Notes: generated by a model from the letters alone, not told the origin. Positions 1 through 9,961 are shown, counted from the first letter of the stretch. The stretch is 64,000 nucleotides of DNA from Pseudonocardia sp. (GCA_026785945.1 JAJAZD010000286.1:13063-77062); one strand, 5' to 3'. A program made the numbers and translations.

Positions 1-2
1 TC

Positions 3-1184
3 GCCGGTCGCGTCGAGACCGCCTTGGCCGCGGGCGATGTCCGCGCGGCGGTGCGCGGCCTGTCCGTCGCGCCTGGCCTACTGTTCCGCTCCGTCGACCG
101 CCTGCTGCGCGCGGCAACGGGTGCCGACGACCTGGCCTGCGTGGTCGAGGCGGTGGAGAACAACGCGGACGCGGTGTCCGGACGGGTGCTGCTCGGCCTC
201 CGCGAGCACCTGCGGAACCGCTCTCGCCCCGATCCGGCTCGCATCTTCGTCAACCGCGCGGCCCGTGCCTGGGTGACCGAGGACGGGCGCGCTGCGCTGG
301 ACCCGACGGCGGTACGGCGCGTCGCCACGGTGCTGGACGCGGCCGTGACCCGCCGGCTGCCGCGCCGCGAGCGACTGGTCGTCGACCCGGCGGCGATGTC
401 GCTGGCGGTGCCACTGTCGAGCCGGACGACGCCCGGCGGGTTCGGCGTCATGCCGCGCGGCTCGGTTGCGCGCGTGGCGGGAGACCGGCTGCGGTTCTTC
501 GTGTACTGGCGCCAGACCGCCAGGCGGACCGACTTCGACCTGTCCGCGTTGCTGCTCGACGACGACCTCGCCGTGGTGGGACATCTGTCGTGGACGAGCC
601 TGACGACGCTCGGCGGCGTGCACTCCGGCGACATCACCGATGCGCCGGAAGGAGCGTCGGAGTTCATCGAGATCGATCTGGCGAGGGTGCCGGCTCGCCA
701 CATCGTCCCGCAGGTCAACGTGTACTCGGGCGAAGGGTTCGACGAGGTCGCCGAGTCGTTCTTCGGGTTCATGGAACGCGACGGCGAGCAGCAGGGTCGG
801 CCCTATGAGCCGCAGACGGTGCGGATGAAGTCCGATCTGCTCGGCGGCGGCCGGGTCGCGCTGCCGCTCGTCTTCAGCCGCGACGACACCGGTGGTTGGA
901 GGGCCACCTGGATGCACCTGTTCCTGCGTGGCGGCGTCGCGATGAACATGGTCGAGAGGAACAGGCTGTCCACGACGCTGCTGGTCCGCTCGGTCCTGAA
1001 CCGGCACTTCCTGACCGTGGCCGACCTCGTCGCAATGACCGACGGCCACGCCGACGTCGTGTTGTACACGGGCCAGCCGTTCGACCACCCGGTGACCTAC
1101 ATCGGGATCGAACGCCCCGAAGGCCTGCCCGCCGGCTCCGAGGTGATCACCCTGGACCGGTTGGCGGAGCTGGTCCCCCCCTGA
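3..1184 (+). CDS. TerD-like domain protein, 5' end outside window
   Basis: Frame open from window edge; motifs FFVYW..TDFDLSALLL and HSGDITDAPEGASEFIEIDL resemble TerD-family repeats. Confidence 0.65.
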   Translation, partial: AGRVETALAAGDVRAAVRGLSVAPGLLFRSVDRLLRAATGADDLACVVEAVENNADAVSGRVLLGLREHLRNRSRPDPARIFVNRAARAWVTEDGRAALDPTAVRRVATVLDAAVTRRLPRRERLVVDPAAMSLAVPLSSRTTPGGFGVMPRGSVARVAGDRLRFFVYWRQTARRTDFDLSALLLDDDLAVVGHLSWTSLTTLGGVHSGDITDAPEGASEFIEIDLARVPARHIVPQVNVYSGEGFDEVAESFFGFMERDGEQQGRPYEPQTVRMKSDLLGGGRVALPLVFSRDDTGGWRATWMHLFLRGGVAMNMVERNRLSTTLLVRSVLNRHFLTVADLVAMTDGHADVVLYTGQPFDHPVTYIGIERPEGLPAGSEVITLDRLAELVPP

Positions 1185-1305
1185 GTCCGCCTGCTATCGT
1201 GCCGCCGAGGCCATGAGGGAGCTTCCTTCTCACCCTTTGGAGGGAGTCACCGGGCTCCGGCCCGGGCTCACTAGCACCCTCGCTCTCCTCGCCCAGGCGC
1301 CCCGA

Positions 1306-2463
1306 TCAGCCGGAGGTGCCGATCACCGCTGACGGGGCCGACCGGCCGAGAGCCGGCTGTCGATGCGCCACGTTGTAGGCGAGCGAGGTCAGGGCGAACT
1401 CACCGTAGGTCCACGCGCCCGAGTCGGGGTGCCATCTGGTCTCCCCCCGGGTGGGGATCCGTGCGGGGCCGACCTGGGCGTGGTCGCGGACCGGGGTCGT
1501 CCAGCGCATGCGAGTGAAAGTGCGTCCGTCCGGGGAGGAGGCCGCCCTGTCGTCCGACACGAAGTCGACCAGGTCCCCGTCGTCGTCGAACCTCAGTTCG
1601 GCCGTGACGGTGTTGACGCCCAGGGTGAAACGGCCGACCACGCAGTGCGCGTCGACGGGTTGCCAGCTGACGTCGGCCGAGACCAGCGCGCCGGGCGCCA
1701 GGACGCACAGGTCGTTGAAGAGGGTGACCGTCTCGCCGTGGGTGAACTCCGCACCGTCGGCGTCGACCATCGTGACGACCGACAGCAGCCGGACCCGCAT
1801 GGATGCGCCCTTCTCGTCGAAGGCGTGCAGCACGTCGACCGGCAACCCCTTCATCCGGGCGTCCATCTCGAAGAAGCGACAGGGGGTGTCCAGGATGTTC
1901 AGCTGATCCGCGGTGAAGGTCATCCATGCGCTGTCCGGGCCGCTGCGTATCCGGCCGGTCCACCTCGCCCGGAAGTCGTGCACCCGTGGCCGGCCGACCA
2001 CCTCCGCCCGGCGGAGGTAACGCTGGACCGGATCCGGCAGGGGCGCGAGATCGGCCTCGGTGACGTCGCCCTGAGCCGTCCGCGGCCAGGCGTGCTCGAG
2101 GTGGTGGTCGTACTCGGCGCGCAGGCTCAGCGGGCCGCGGGAGGCGAACCCGTAAAGCACCGCCACGAGCAGCAGCACGTTCGCGACGGTGCCGACCAGG
2201 GCATCGGACCAGGACGTGACGATGACGGCCTGCGAGACCAGGACGGCGAGTGCGCCCACCGCCCACCACCGGCGCGGAGCGAGGAACAGCGCGGCCGCCG
2301 CGACGAGGCACAGCAGCGTCGCGGTCAGCCACAGCACCCCGACGGGTTGCGACACGGTCTGGCGCAGCTGCGGCAGGTCCGCGAACCCGAAGGCCTTGGC
2401 GAACCCGAGGAGGTGGATCAGGCCGTGCAGGACGAACAGGGCGGCGACGGCGATCCGGATCAT
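1306..2463 (-). CDS. Membrane-anchored conserved protein (DUF6544-like)
   Basis: 385 aa; N-terminal TM helices, then LAPLPDPVQRYLRRA and a beta-rich domain; ATGA overlap with upstream acyltransferase stop. Confidence 0.65.
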   Translation of the reverse strand: MIRIAVAALFVLHGLIHLLGFAKAFGFADLPQLRQTVSQPVGVLWLTATLLCLVAAAALFLAPRRWWAVGALAVLVSQAVIVTSWSDALVGTVANVLLLVAVLYGFASRGPLSLRAEYDHHLEHAWPRTAQGDVTEADLAPLPDPVQRYLRRAEVVGRPRVHDFRARWTGRIRSGPDSAWMTFTADQLNILDTPCRFFEMDARMKGLPVDVLHAFDEKGASMRVRLLSVVTMVDADGAEFTHGETVTLFNDLCVLAPGALVSADVSWQPVDAHCVVGRFTLGVNTVTAELRFDDDGDLVDFVSDDRAASSPDGRTFTRMRWTTPVRDHAQVGPARIPTRGETRWHPDSGAWTYGEFALTSLAYNVAHRQPALGRSAPSAVIGTSG

Positions 2464-3830
2464 GGTGTTCTCCCGTGGTGATCACTCGGCTGTGTCAGGA
2501 CGCGGAGTTCCTCGTCCACCATCTCCCGCAGTTCGGACAGATCGGGGCAGGTGTCGGGGTCCGCGGCGAGCGTGATCCTGAGGCTGCCGGCATAGGACAG
2601 GACGGCGAAGGCGACCGTCACGTTCCCCGTGGGCGCACTGAGCGGGACGACGGTCGTGATCGGGCAGCCGAGGAACGACAGGCGGGCATCCGGTCCGCGC
2701 AGGTTGCTCACGAAGGTGTGGATCAGCCGTTGACGGTCGACGAACCACCGGTAGAGACCCACCGCCGCCAGCAGGCGGAACAAGGGGCTCAGCAGTGCCG
2801 TCGAGGCGCCGGGCCGGCCCGACCTGGCGGCCCGGGTCGTCGCCGCCAGCGAGATGAGCCGTTCTGCGGGGCCGCCCGCTCCGGCGACGCGCAGGGGAAT
2901 GACTCCGCTCCGGTTGCCCAGGTCGTGTGCCGTGGTGTGGCGCCGGGTGGAGAAGGGCACCGAGATGACGACGTCGTCGATGTGCTCGCCGCGCAGCGCG
3001 AGGAGGCGGTGCAGAGCCGCGGCGACCGCCGACAGGACGACGTCGTTCACCGTGGCGCCGTGCCTATGGGCCGCTGCACGAACCTCGTCGAGGTCGACCT
3101 GGACGCCGGCGAAGCGCCTGCGTGGTCCCGTAGGCCTGTTGAGCGACGATCGCGCCGGTCGCCCGCGCAAGACCGGTCCCAGTTGTGAGGCGCCGCCCCG
3201 CAGGCGTCGCAGAGCCGCCGGGATCCTCCCGGCTCCCCGCAGGCGATCGATCGCCGCCTCGCCGGCGAGATGCCGCCGTGAGGGCATGGGGCGGGGGAAC
3301 GCGGAGTCGTGGGTGTCGGCTGCGCCGTCGACGAGGCCGGCCAGGACGGCCAAGCCGCCGATCCCGTCGGCGAGCACGTGGTGGAACACGATGATCAGCG
3401 CCGAGTCGCCCTGGCCGGTGTCCGTCATCAACCTCGCCGTCCACAATGGGCGATCGCGGGGCAGTCGGGTGACGAGCATGTCGGCCGCAACCGCCAGGAC
3501 GGCGCTCTCACCGCCGGGCGACGGACACGGGACCATGGCGAGGTGGTTGCCGACGTCGAAGTCGCGGTCGTCGACCCACACCGGCCGACCACACCCCCAG
3601 GGAACCTTCACGAGACGTTGGCGCAGGCGCGGGACGGCAGTGATCCGGCGGGCGAGGGCGTGCAGGACGAACTCGGGATCGAGACGCTCGCTCGTGTCCA
3701 GCAGCAGGACCGCCCCGACCTGCATCGGCGTGGACCCGCGCTCGGCGGCGAGAGACATCAGATCGTCGGTGCTCACCCGCTCGGTGCTCACCCGCTCGGC
3801 AGGACGGTGCGTGGACAGCTCCTGACTCAC
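2460..3830 (-). CDS. Wax ester synthase/diacylglycerol acyltransferase (WS/DGAT)
   Basis: PMQVGAVLLLD N-terminus, catalytic HHxxxDG (FHHVLADG), C-terminal FVSNLRGP; GTG at 3830 overlaps ppdK stop (GTGA). Confidence 0.9.
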   Translation of the reverse strand: MSQELSTHRPAERVSTERVSTDDLMSLAAERGSTPMQVGAVLLLDTSERLDPEFVLHALARRITAVPRLRQRLVKVPWGCGRPVWVDDRDFDVGNHLAMVPCPSPGGESAVLAVAADMLVTRLPRDRPLWTARLMTDTGQGDSALIIVFHHVLADGIGGLAVLAGLVDGAADTHDSAFPRPMPSRRHLAGEAAIDRLRGAGRIPAALRRLRGGASQLGPVLRGRPARSSLNRPTGPRRRFAGVQVDLDEVRAAAHRHGATVNDVVLSAVAAALHRLLALRGEHIDDVVISVPFSTRRHTTAHDLGNRSGVIPLRVAGAGGPAERLISLAATTRAARSGRPGASTALLSPLFRLLAAVGLYRWFVDRQRLIHTFVSNLRGPDARLSFLGCPITTVVPLSAPTGNVTVAFAVLSYAGSLRITLAADPDTCPDLSELREMVDEELRVLTQPSDHHGRTP

Positions 3831-6523
3831 GGTTCGTGACTCATGTGGGTGTCGAGCGCGGCGCGGCCCGCCTCCAGGCGCGCGACGGGCACCCGGAACG
3901 GTGAGCAGGACACGTAGTCCAGTCCCTCGCGGTGGAAGAACCCGATGGAGTCCGGGTCGCCGCCGTGTTCGCCGCACACGCCGAGCGCGATGTCCGGACG
4001 GGCGGCGCGGCCCTCCTTCACGGCAATGCTGATCAGCCGGCCGACCCCGTCGATGTCGAGGGTCTCGAACGGTGAGGTCCCGAAGATGCCGCGCTCCAGG
4101 TAGCGGGAGAAGAACGCTCCCTCCACGTCGTCGCGGGAGAAGCCCCACGTGGTCTGGGTGAGGTCGTTGGTGCCGAAGGAGAAGAACTGTGCGGACCCGG
4201 CGATCTGACCGGCGGTCAGCGCGGCGCGGGGCAGTTCGATCATGGTGCCGATCAGGGCGTCGAGCTGGACTCCGTGCAGTTCGGATTCCTCGGTCAGCAC
4301 CGCGGAGGTCTCCTCGGCCACCGTCTGCAGCTCCTGCACGGCGCCGACCAGCGGAATCATGATCTCCGGTCGGACCTCGACGCCGTCGCGGCGCAGTGCG
4401 GCGGCGGCCTGGGCGATCGCGCGGACCTGCATGCCGAACAGTCCGGGTACGACGATGCCCAGCCGCACCCCGCGCAGACCGAGCATGGGGTTCTCCTCGT
4501 GCAGCCGCCGTACGGCGGCCAGCAGCGCCACGTCGAAGCTGTCGGGACTGCCCCGTTCCTCCGCCAGCGCGACCCGCACGGACAGCTCGGTCAGGTCGGG
4601 CAGGAACTCGTGCAGGGGCGGGTCGAGCAGCCGGATCGTGACCGGCAGCCCGGCCATCGCGGTGAAGACCTCGACGAAGTCGGCCCGCTGCAGGGGAAGG
4701 AGCGTCGCCAGTGCGGCGTCGCGCTCGGCGTCGCTGTCGGCCAGCACGAGTCGCTCGACCTGCTCGCGCCGCTCACCGAGGAACATGTGCTCGGTGCGGC
4801 ACAGCCCGATGCCCTCGGCCCCGAACCGCCGCGCCCGGTCCGCGTCCTCGCCGGTGTCCGCGTTCGCCCGTACCGCGAGCCTGCGCGTCTTGTCGGCGTG
4901 GCCCATCAGCCGGTGCACCGCGCGCACCAGCTCGCCCGCGTCGGGGGCCCCGGGGTCCAGGACGCCCTCGAAGTACTCGACGACGGGGGAGGCGACGACC
5001 GCGACCTCGCCCAGGAACACCTCGCCGGTGGTGCCGTCGATGGACAGCATGTCGCCCTCGACGACCTCGATCCCGCCGGGCCCGACGAGCCGCCGGCCGA
5101 CCACGTCGACGTCGAGGTCCTCGGCGCCGCACACGCACGTCCGGCCCATCCCGCGCGCGACCACCGCGGCGTGGCTGGTGCGCCCACCGTGACTGGTCAG
5201 CACACCCTGGGCGGCGATCATCCCCGCGAGGTCGTCCGGGTTGGTCTCGCGCCGCACGAGGATCACCCGCTCGCCCGCCGCCGCCCTGGCCACGGCCGTC
5301 GGGCTGTCGAACACCACCACGCCGGTGGCGGCGCCCGGAGAGGCGTTCATCCCGACCGCGAGGACCGTCGTCGTCGCGTCGGAGGCGAAGCGGGGGAACA
5401 TCAGCTGCGCGAGCTCGGCGCCGGTCACGCGGCGCAACGCCTCGTCGGTGTCGATCAGGCCCTCGTCGACGAGCTGGCAGGCCACCACGAACGCCGCGCC
5501 CGCGGTGCGCTTGCCGACGCGGGTCTGCAGCATCCACAGGGTGCCGCGTTCGATGGTGAACTCGATGTCGCACAGGTCCCGGTAGTGTCGCTCCAGCGTC
5601 GCCATGTTCGCCAGCAGCCCGCGGTAGGAGGCCGGGTCGAGCCGCTCCAGCTCGACGAGGGACAGGGTGTTGCGGATGCCGGCGACGACGTCCTCACCCT
5701 GGGCGTTGGCCAGGTAGTCGCCGTAGACGCCGTGGCTGCCCGTGGCCGGGTCGCGCGTGAACGCCACACCGCTGCCGGAGTCGGGCCCCAGGTTGCCGAA
5801 CACCATCGCCATCACCGTCACCGCGGTGCCCAGGTCGGCGGGGATGCGCTCCCGGCGGCGGTAGGTGACCGCGCGTGGGGCGTTCCAGGACCCGAACACG
5901 GCGCGGACGGTCAGATCCAGCTGCTCGCGGGGGTCCTGGGGGAACTCCCGGCCCGCCCGCGCGACCACCACCGCCTTGAACGCCGCCACGACCGACCGCA
6001 GGTCCGCCGCGTCCAGGCCGAGGTCGTCGGACGTGCCCTTCGCGCGTTTCGCGGCGTCGAACACCGCGTCGAAATGCCCGCCGTCGATCCCCAGCACGGT
6101 CTTGCCGAACATCTGCACCAGGCGCCGGTAGGAGTCCCAGGCGAACCGGTCGTCGTCGGCGATCCGGGCGAGGCCCTCCACCGAGGAGTCGTTGAGCCCG
6201 ACGTTGAGAACGGTCTCCATCATGCCGGGCATCGAGAACTTCGACCCCGACCGCACCGACACCAGCAGCGGGTCGTCGGGGTCGCCGAGGCGCCTGCCCA
6301 TCGCCGCCTGCAGCGCCGCGAGGTGCTCGTCGACCTGACCGGCCTGCGCCGGCGGCTCCACCCCGGACTCCAGATAGGCCCGGCAGGCCTCGGTCGTGAT
6401 CGTGAACCCGGGCGGCACGGGGAGCCCCATGTTGGTCATCTCGGCGAGGTTCGCGCCCTTCCCGCCCAGCAGGACCTTGAGGTCCTTGTTGCCCTCCGCG
6501 AACGCGTACACGTACTTCGCCAT
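3827..6523 (-). CDS. ppdK: Pyruvate, phosphate dikinase
   Basis: 898 aa; LGGKGANLAEM, GGRTSHAAVVARG phospho-His, GIGLCRTEHMF, FFSFGTNDLTQ, GVCGEHGG. Confidence 0.97.
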   Translation of the reverse strand: MAKYVYAFAEGNKDLKVLLGGKGANLAEMTNMGLPVPPGFTITTEACRAYLESGVEPPAQAGQVDEHLAALQAAMGRRLGDPDDPLLVSVRSGSKFSMPGMMETVLNVGLNDSSVEGLARIADDDRFAWDSYRRLVQMFGKTVLGIDGGHFDAVFDAAKRAKGTSDDLGLDAADLRSVVAAFKAVVVARAGREFPQDPREQLDLTVRAVFGSWNAPRAVTYRRRERIPADLGTAVTVMAMVFGNLGPDSGSGVAFTRDPATGSHGVYGDYLANAQGEDVVAGIRNTLSLVELERLDPASYRGLLANMATLERHYRDLCDIEFTIERGTLWMLQTRVGKRTAGAAFVVACQLVDEGLIDTDEALRRVTGAELAQLMFPRFASDATTTVLAVGMNASPGAATGVVVFDSPTAVARAAAGERVILVRRETNPDDLAGMIAAQGVLTSHGGRTSHAAVVARGMGRTCVCGAEDLDVDVVGRRLVGPGGIEVVEGDMLSIDGTTGEVFLGEVAVVASPVVEYFEGVLDPGAPDAGELVRAVHRLMGHADKTRRLAVRANADTGEDADRARRFGAEGIGLCRTEHMFLGERREQVERLVLADSDAERDAALATLLPLQRADFVEVFTAMAGLPVTIRLLDPPLHEFLPDLTELSVRVALAEERGSPDSFDVALLAAVRRLHEENPMLGLRGVRLGIVVPGLFGMQVRAIAQAAAALRRDGVEVRPEIMIPLVGAVQELQTVAEETSAVLTEESELHGVQLDALIGTMIELPRAALTAGQIAGSAQFFSFGTNDLTQTTWGFSRDDVEGAFFSRYLERGIFGTSPFETLDIDGVGRLISIAVKEGRAARPDIALGVCGEHGGDPDSIGFFHREGLDYVSCSPFRVPVARLEAGRAALDTHMSHEP

Positions 6524-6605
6524 GTCACTCTCCTCCAGATGGGCGTACCCGTTCCGCGACGCGACCCGCGCTGACGATCCTCGCCGCGCCGCGCGGGCGG
6601 AGGCA

Positions 6606-6641
6606 GGGCCCTACGGCCCCGTCGGGGCGGCGGAAGGACCC
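6606..6641. promoter_or_regulatory. Pair of DosR/DevR-like boxes upstream of ppdK
   Basis: GGGCCCTACGGCCC (6606-6619) and revcomp GGGTCCTTCCGCCG (6628-6641), 22 bp apart. Confidence 0.55.
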
Positions 6642-7101
6642 CGTTCCCGCGTCGGGCGTCGCCGGGACAGCAGGGCGCCGCCGACGGCCGACACCGCGAT
6701 CGTCACGAGGGACGCGCCGATGATCGCCGCGGCCTGCCCGGCGTCGAGCACGCCCTGGGCCAGCCCGATGGACACCACGGCCGACGGCACGCCGAGCGCC
6801 GCCGTCGCCAGCAGCCCGACCGCCGGCGGGCGCCGGAGCACCACCGCGACGAGCACGTGGACGGTGACGGCCGCAGCGACCAGCCCGCCCAGCAGGAGCA
6901 GCGCCCGGCCGGAGCCGAGCAGTGCGGCGAGCTCGAGCCGGGCGCCGAGCGTCACGAAGAACAGCGGCACGAAGAACCCCTCCGCGACCCCGACGAGCTG
7001 CTGGGCGAGCCGGTGCGGCCGGGCCGTGCAGGACCGGTATCGCGATCGCGGCCGACGGCCAGCCCGGCGGCCACGACGAGGGCGAGCAGCCCGAAGGTCA
7101 C
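6611..7101 (-). pseudogene. Cation:proton antiporter remnant, internally deleted
   Basis: N-terminal VTFGLLALVVAAG in one frame and C-terminal EGFFVPLFFVTLGARL in another; about 490 bp of a ~1.2 kb gene. Confidence 0.7.
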
Positions 7102-7163
7102 CCCCGCATGGTGCCGGGCGCGGGCCCGGTTCGGTGGCCGGACCCGCGACGACAAAGGGGTAC

Positions 7164-7177
7164 GGGACTTTCGCCCC
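7164..7177. promoter_or_regulatory. DosR/DevR-like box upstream of USP operon
   Basis: GGGACTTTCGCCCC. Confidence 0.6.
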
Positions 7178-7334
7178 TGTCGGTTCGCCGCCCGTCCGGT
7201 TCATGCTGGCCGGGCCGAAGGCGAGACGGCGAGGAACCGCAGTCGCCGCTGACCACGTTCGTCCCGGCACCCGGGGCCCCTGCCGAGCTGGGGAGCGACG
7301 GTCGCGGTCCCCGGGATCGACGAGACGGAGTGAC

Positions 7335-7844
7335 ATGGACGGGATCAGCAGGGTGGTGGTGGGCGTCGACGGGGCGCCCGGGTCGCGAGCGGCTCTGGAG
7401 CACGCCCTGCACGACGCGGCGCGCCGGCAGGCCCGGCTGCGGGTGGTCGCGGTGGTGCCGTTGCCCGCCTACTGGGTGGCGGCCTACGGAGTGGGCGTGC
7501 CACCGCCCTCCGCCGAGGTCGTCGCGGAGGTGCAGGCCGCGGTGCTGCGGATGGTGGAAGAGGTGGTGGCCACACACGCGGATCTTCTCGGCCGGGTGCC
7601 GGTGGCGGTCGTGGCCACGGTCGGCAACCCGGCCGAGGCGCTGCTGGAGGCATCGCGGGACGCCGACCTCCTCGTACTGGGTCACCGGGGCCGGGGCGCG
7701 TTCACCAGTGCCGTGCTCGGATCGGTGGGCCTGCACTGCGTCCTGAACGCCGCGTGTTCGGTGACGATCGTGCGGCCGGCGGCGGAGTCCGCGGTCCCGG
7801 AATCGGTGCCCGTGGGCGCGACGGCCGTACCGGTGCCGGCGTGA
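7335..7844 (+). CDS. Universal stress protein (single USP domain)
   Basis: RVVVGVDG...LLVLGHRGRG..LGSVG..VTIVR; GGAG RBS before ATG 7335. Confidence 0.92.
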   Translation: MDGISRVVVGVDGAPGSRAALEHALHDAARRQARLRVVAVVPLPAYWVAAYGVGVPPPSAEVVAEVQAAVLRMVEEVVATHADLLGRVPVAVVATVGNPAEALLEASRDADLLVLGHRGRGAFTSAVLGSVGLHCVLNAACSVTIVRPAAESAVPESVPVGATAVPVPA

Positions 7845-8554
7845 GCGGGCCGACCGTGCACCGCACGGTGGTCGGCGACATCATGACCATCACGGTGCTG
7901 TCCGTCGGACCCGCGACGGCGGTCACCGAGATCGCGGTGGTGCTCTACGCCGGGGCGGTGCGCGCGGTCCCGGTCCTCGACGAGGAGGGCAGGCTGCTCG
8001 GCGTGGTCTCCGAGGCCGACGTGCTCGCGACGCTGCCGGATACGGCCCCCGGCGAGGACCACCCCTGGTGGCGCCATCGCCCGCGGCACATCCACCGCAC
8101 GCCGCCGCCACCGAAGGTCGGGGCCGGGACAGCGCGGGGGCTCATGACGGAATCCGTGATCACGGTAGGCGCGACGGCGACGGTGACGAGCGCGGCGCGG
8201 ACGATGCGCGAGCACGGTCTGAGCTGGCTGCCGGTCGTGGACGCCGACCGGCGGGTGGTCGGCGTGCTCAGCCGCTCCGACCTGCTCGCGGTGTTCCTGC
8301 GGGGCGACGACGCGATCCGCACCGAGGTCGTCGACGAGGTGCTGGGCCGGATGGTGCTCGTCGAACCGGCGCGCGTCGACGTCGACGTGGTCGACGGGGT
8401 CGTCACGATGACCGGGGAGGTCGACACCCGGGTCGACGCCGTGCTCGCGGTGCGCTTCGTCGAGCGTCTCGAGGGTGTGGTCGAGGTGGTCGACCATCTG
8501 AGCTTCCGGGTGGACGACCGTGACGCCACCCTCGACATCGCCCCGCTGTACTGA
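7841..8554 (+). CDS. CBS-pair + BON domain protein
   Basis: Two CBS motifs (VPVLDEEGRLLGVVSEADVL; LPVVDADRRVVGVLSRSDLL) and C-terminal BON (VVDGVVTMTGEV); GTGA overlap with USP. Confidence 0.88.
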   Translation: MSGPTVHRTVVGDIMTITVLSVGPATAVTEIAVVLYAGAVRAVPVLDEEGRLLGVVSEADVLATLPDTAPGEDHPWWRHRPRHIHRTPPPPKVGAGTARGLMTESVITVGATATVTSAARTMREHGLSWLPVVDADRRVVGVLSRSDLLAVFLRGDDAIRTEVVDEVLGRMVLVEPARVDVDVVDGVVTMTGEVDTRVDAVLAVRFVERLEGVVEVVDHLSFRVDDRDATLDIAPLY

Positions 8555-8583
8555 CACCCGACTCCGGCGGGCCTCCGGGCCGA

Positions 8584-9305
8584 TCATGACTCCGGGAGGG
8601 TCCGGGCGACGAGGTCGACCAGGTCGACGGTCCGCTGCGCGTAGCCCCACTCGTTGTCGTACCAGCCGAAGATCTTGGCCGTGCTCCCGACGACCCGGGT
8701 CAGCCCGGCGTCGAAGAGGCACGAGGCCGACTCGCCGATCACGTCGTGGGACACGACGGGATCGGTCGTGTACCGCAGGATGCTCTTGAGGGGTCCGTCG
8801 GCGGCGGTCTGGAACGCCCGGTTGATCTCCTCGGCGGTGGCGGGTCCGGTGAGCCGGACGGTCAGGTCGACCAGCGACCCGTCGACCACCGGGACGCGCA
8901 CCGCGATGCCGTCGAGCCGCCCGGCGAGCCGGGGGAGCACCTGACCGATGGCCCGCGCGGCGCCCGTGGTGGTGGGGATGATGTTGACCGCCGCGGAGCG
9001 GGCGCGGCGCATGTCCTTGTGCGGCCCGTCGAGCAGGTTCTGGTCGGAGGTGTAGCTGTGGATCGTGGTGAGCAGGCCCTCCTCGATCCCGAACGCCTGG
9101 TCCAGGACCAGCGCCATCGGCGTCGCGCAGTTCGTCGTGCACGAGGCGTTGGAGACGATGTGGTGCGCCGCGGCGTCGTAGACCTCCTGGTTGATCCCCA
9201 TCACGACGGTGGCGTCCACGTCCGTGCCCGGTGAGGTCAGGACCACCTTCCGCGCACCCGCGGTGAGGTGGGCGGTGGCGCGCTCGCGGGTGCGGAACCG
9301 GCCCG
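8584..9305 (-). pseudogene. gap: Type I glyceraldehyde-3-phosphate dehydrogenase lacking the first ~90 residues
   Basis: GRFRTRERATAHLTAGARKVVL, catalytic SNASCTTNC, WYDNEWGY; in-frame TAG just upstream (~9323) and no NAD-binding GFGRIG motif. Confidence 0.85.
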
Positions 9306-9308
9306 AGG

Positions 9309-9322
9309 GGGGCTTTCGCCCC
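9309..9322. promoter_or_regulatory. DosR/DevR-like box at the gap breakpoint
   Basis: GGGGCTTTCGCCCC, 13/14 identical to the box at 7164. Confidence 0.55.
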
Positions 9323-9480
9323 TACCGGGCGAGTGCCGACACGACGATCCTGATCTCCGGTGCCCGGGTCAGGCCGGGATGGTTCGGCCGCCCCGGTGCG
9401 GGGCGAGGGACGAGGGACATGGACGGGATGGCCACGGTGACGGGCGTCGGTGGGACCGCCGTCGCGGGCCGGCCGGCCCC

Positions 9481-9930
9481 GTGAGCTCACCGGGAGCGGG
9501 ACGCGCACCGCAGCGGCCGGTCGTCGCCCACCGGTTCTTCCTGGCAGTGCTGCGCTCTCCGCTCGGTCGCCCGTTCGGCGGCATGTGCGAGCTGCGGTTC
9601 GTGGGGCGCGTCTCGGGCCGCTCGATCACCCTGCCCGTCCAGTGTGCTCGTGAGGCGACGCGGCTGGTGATCTACGTCGGTCGCTCGGCAGACAAGCAGT
9701 GGTGGCGCAACTTCCTCGGCGGCCGCGGTGTGCAGGTGCGCGTCGGCGGGGTCGACCACCGCGGACACGGTCGTGTCATCGACGGCTCCCATCCCGATCG
9801 CCCGGAGGTCGAGCAGGCCTACCGCCGCCGCTTCCGGAACGTCCAGGTGGCACCGACCGATCCGATGGTGGTCATCGATCTCGCGGCGGCAGACGCCCAC
9901 CCCTCTGCCCACCGGGACCCGTCGCACTGA
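9481..9930 (+). CDS. Deazaflavin-dependent nitroreductase/quinone reductase-like split-barrel protein
   Basis: VLRSPL..GRVSGRSITLPV...KQWWRNF motif; GTG 9481. Confidence 0.65.
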   Translation: MSSPGAGRAPQRPVVAHRFFLAVLRSPLGRPFGGMCELRFVGRVSGRSITLPVQCAREATRLVIYVGRSADKQWWRNFLGGRGVQVRVGGVDHRGHGRVIDGSHPDRPEVEQAYRRRFRNVQVAPTDPMVVIDLAAADAHPSAHRDPSH

Positions 9931-9961
9931 GCCCGCCGAACCACGATCCCACGAGAATCTC

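Noticed and set aside
4274-6574. 766-aa + strand ORF opposite ppdK, and similar long antisense ORFs (47316-51623, 31026-33023, 37191-38768, 40603-42237)
   Set aside because: Shadow ORFs typical of high-GC coding DNA; no motifs; the opposite strand carries the convincing gene.
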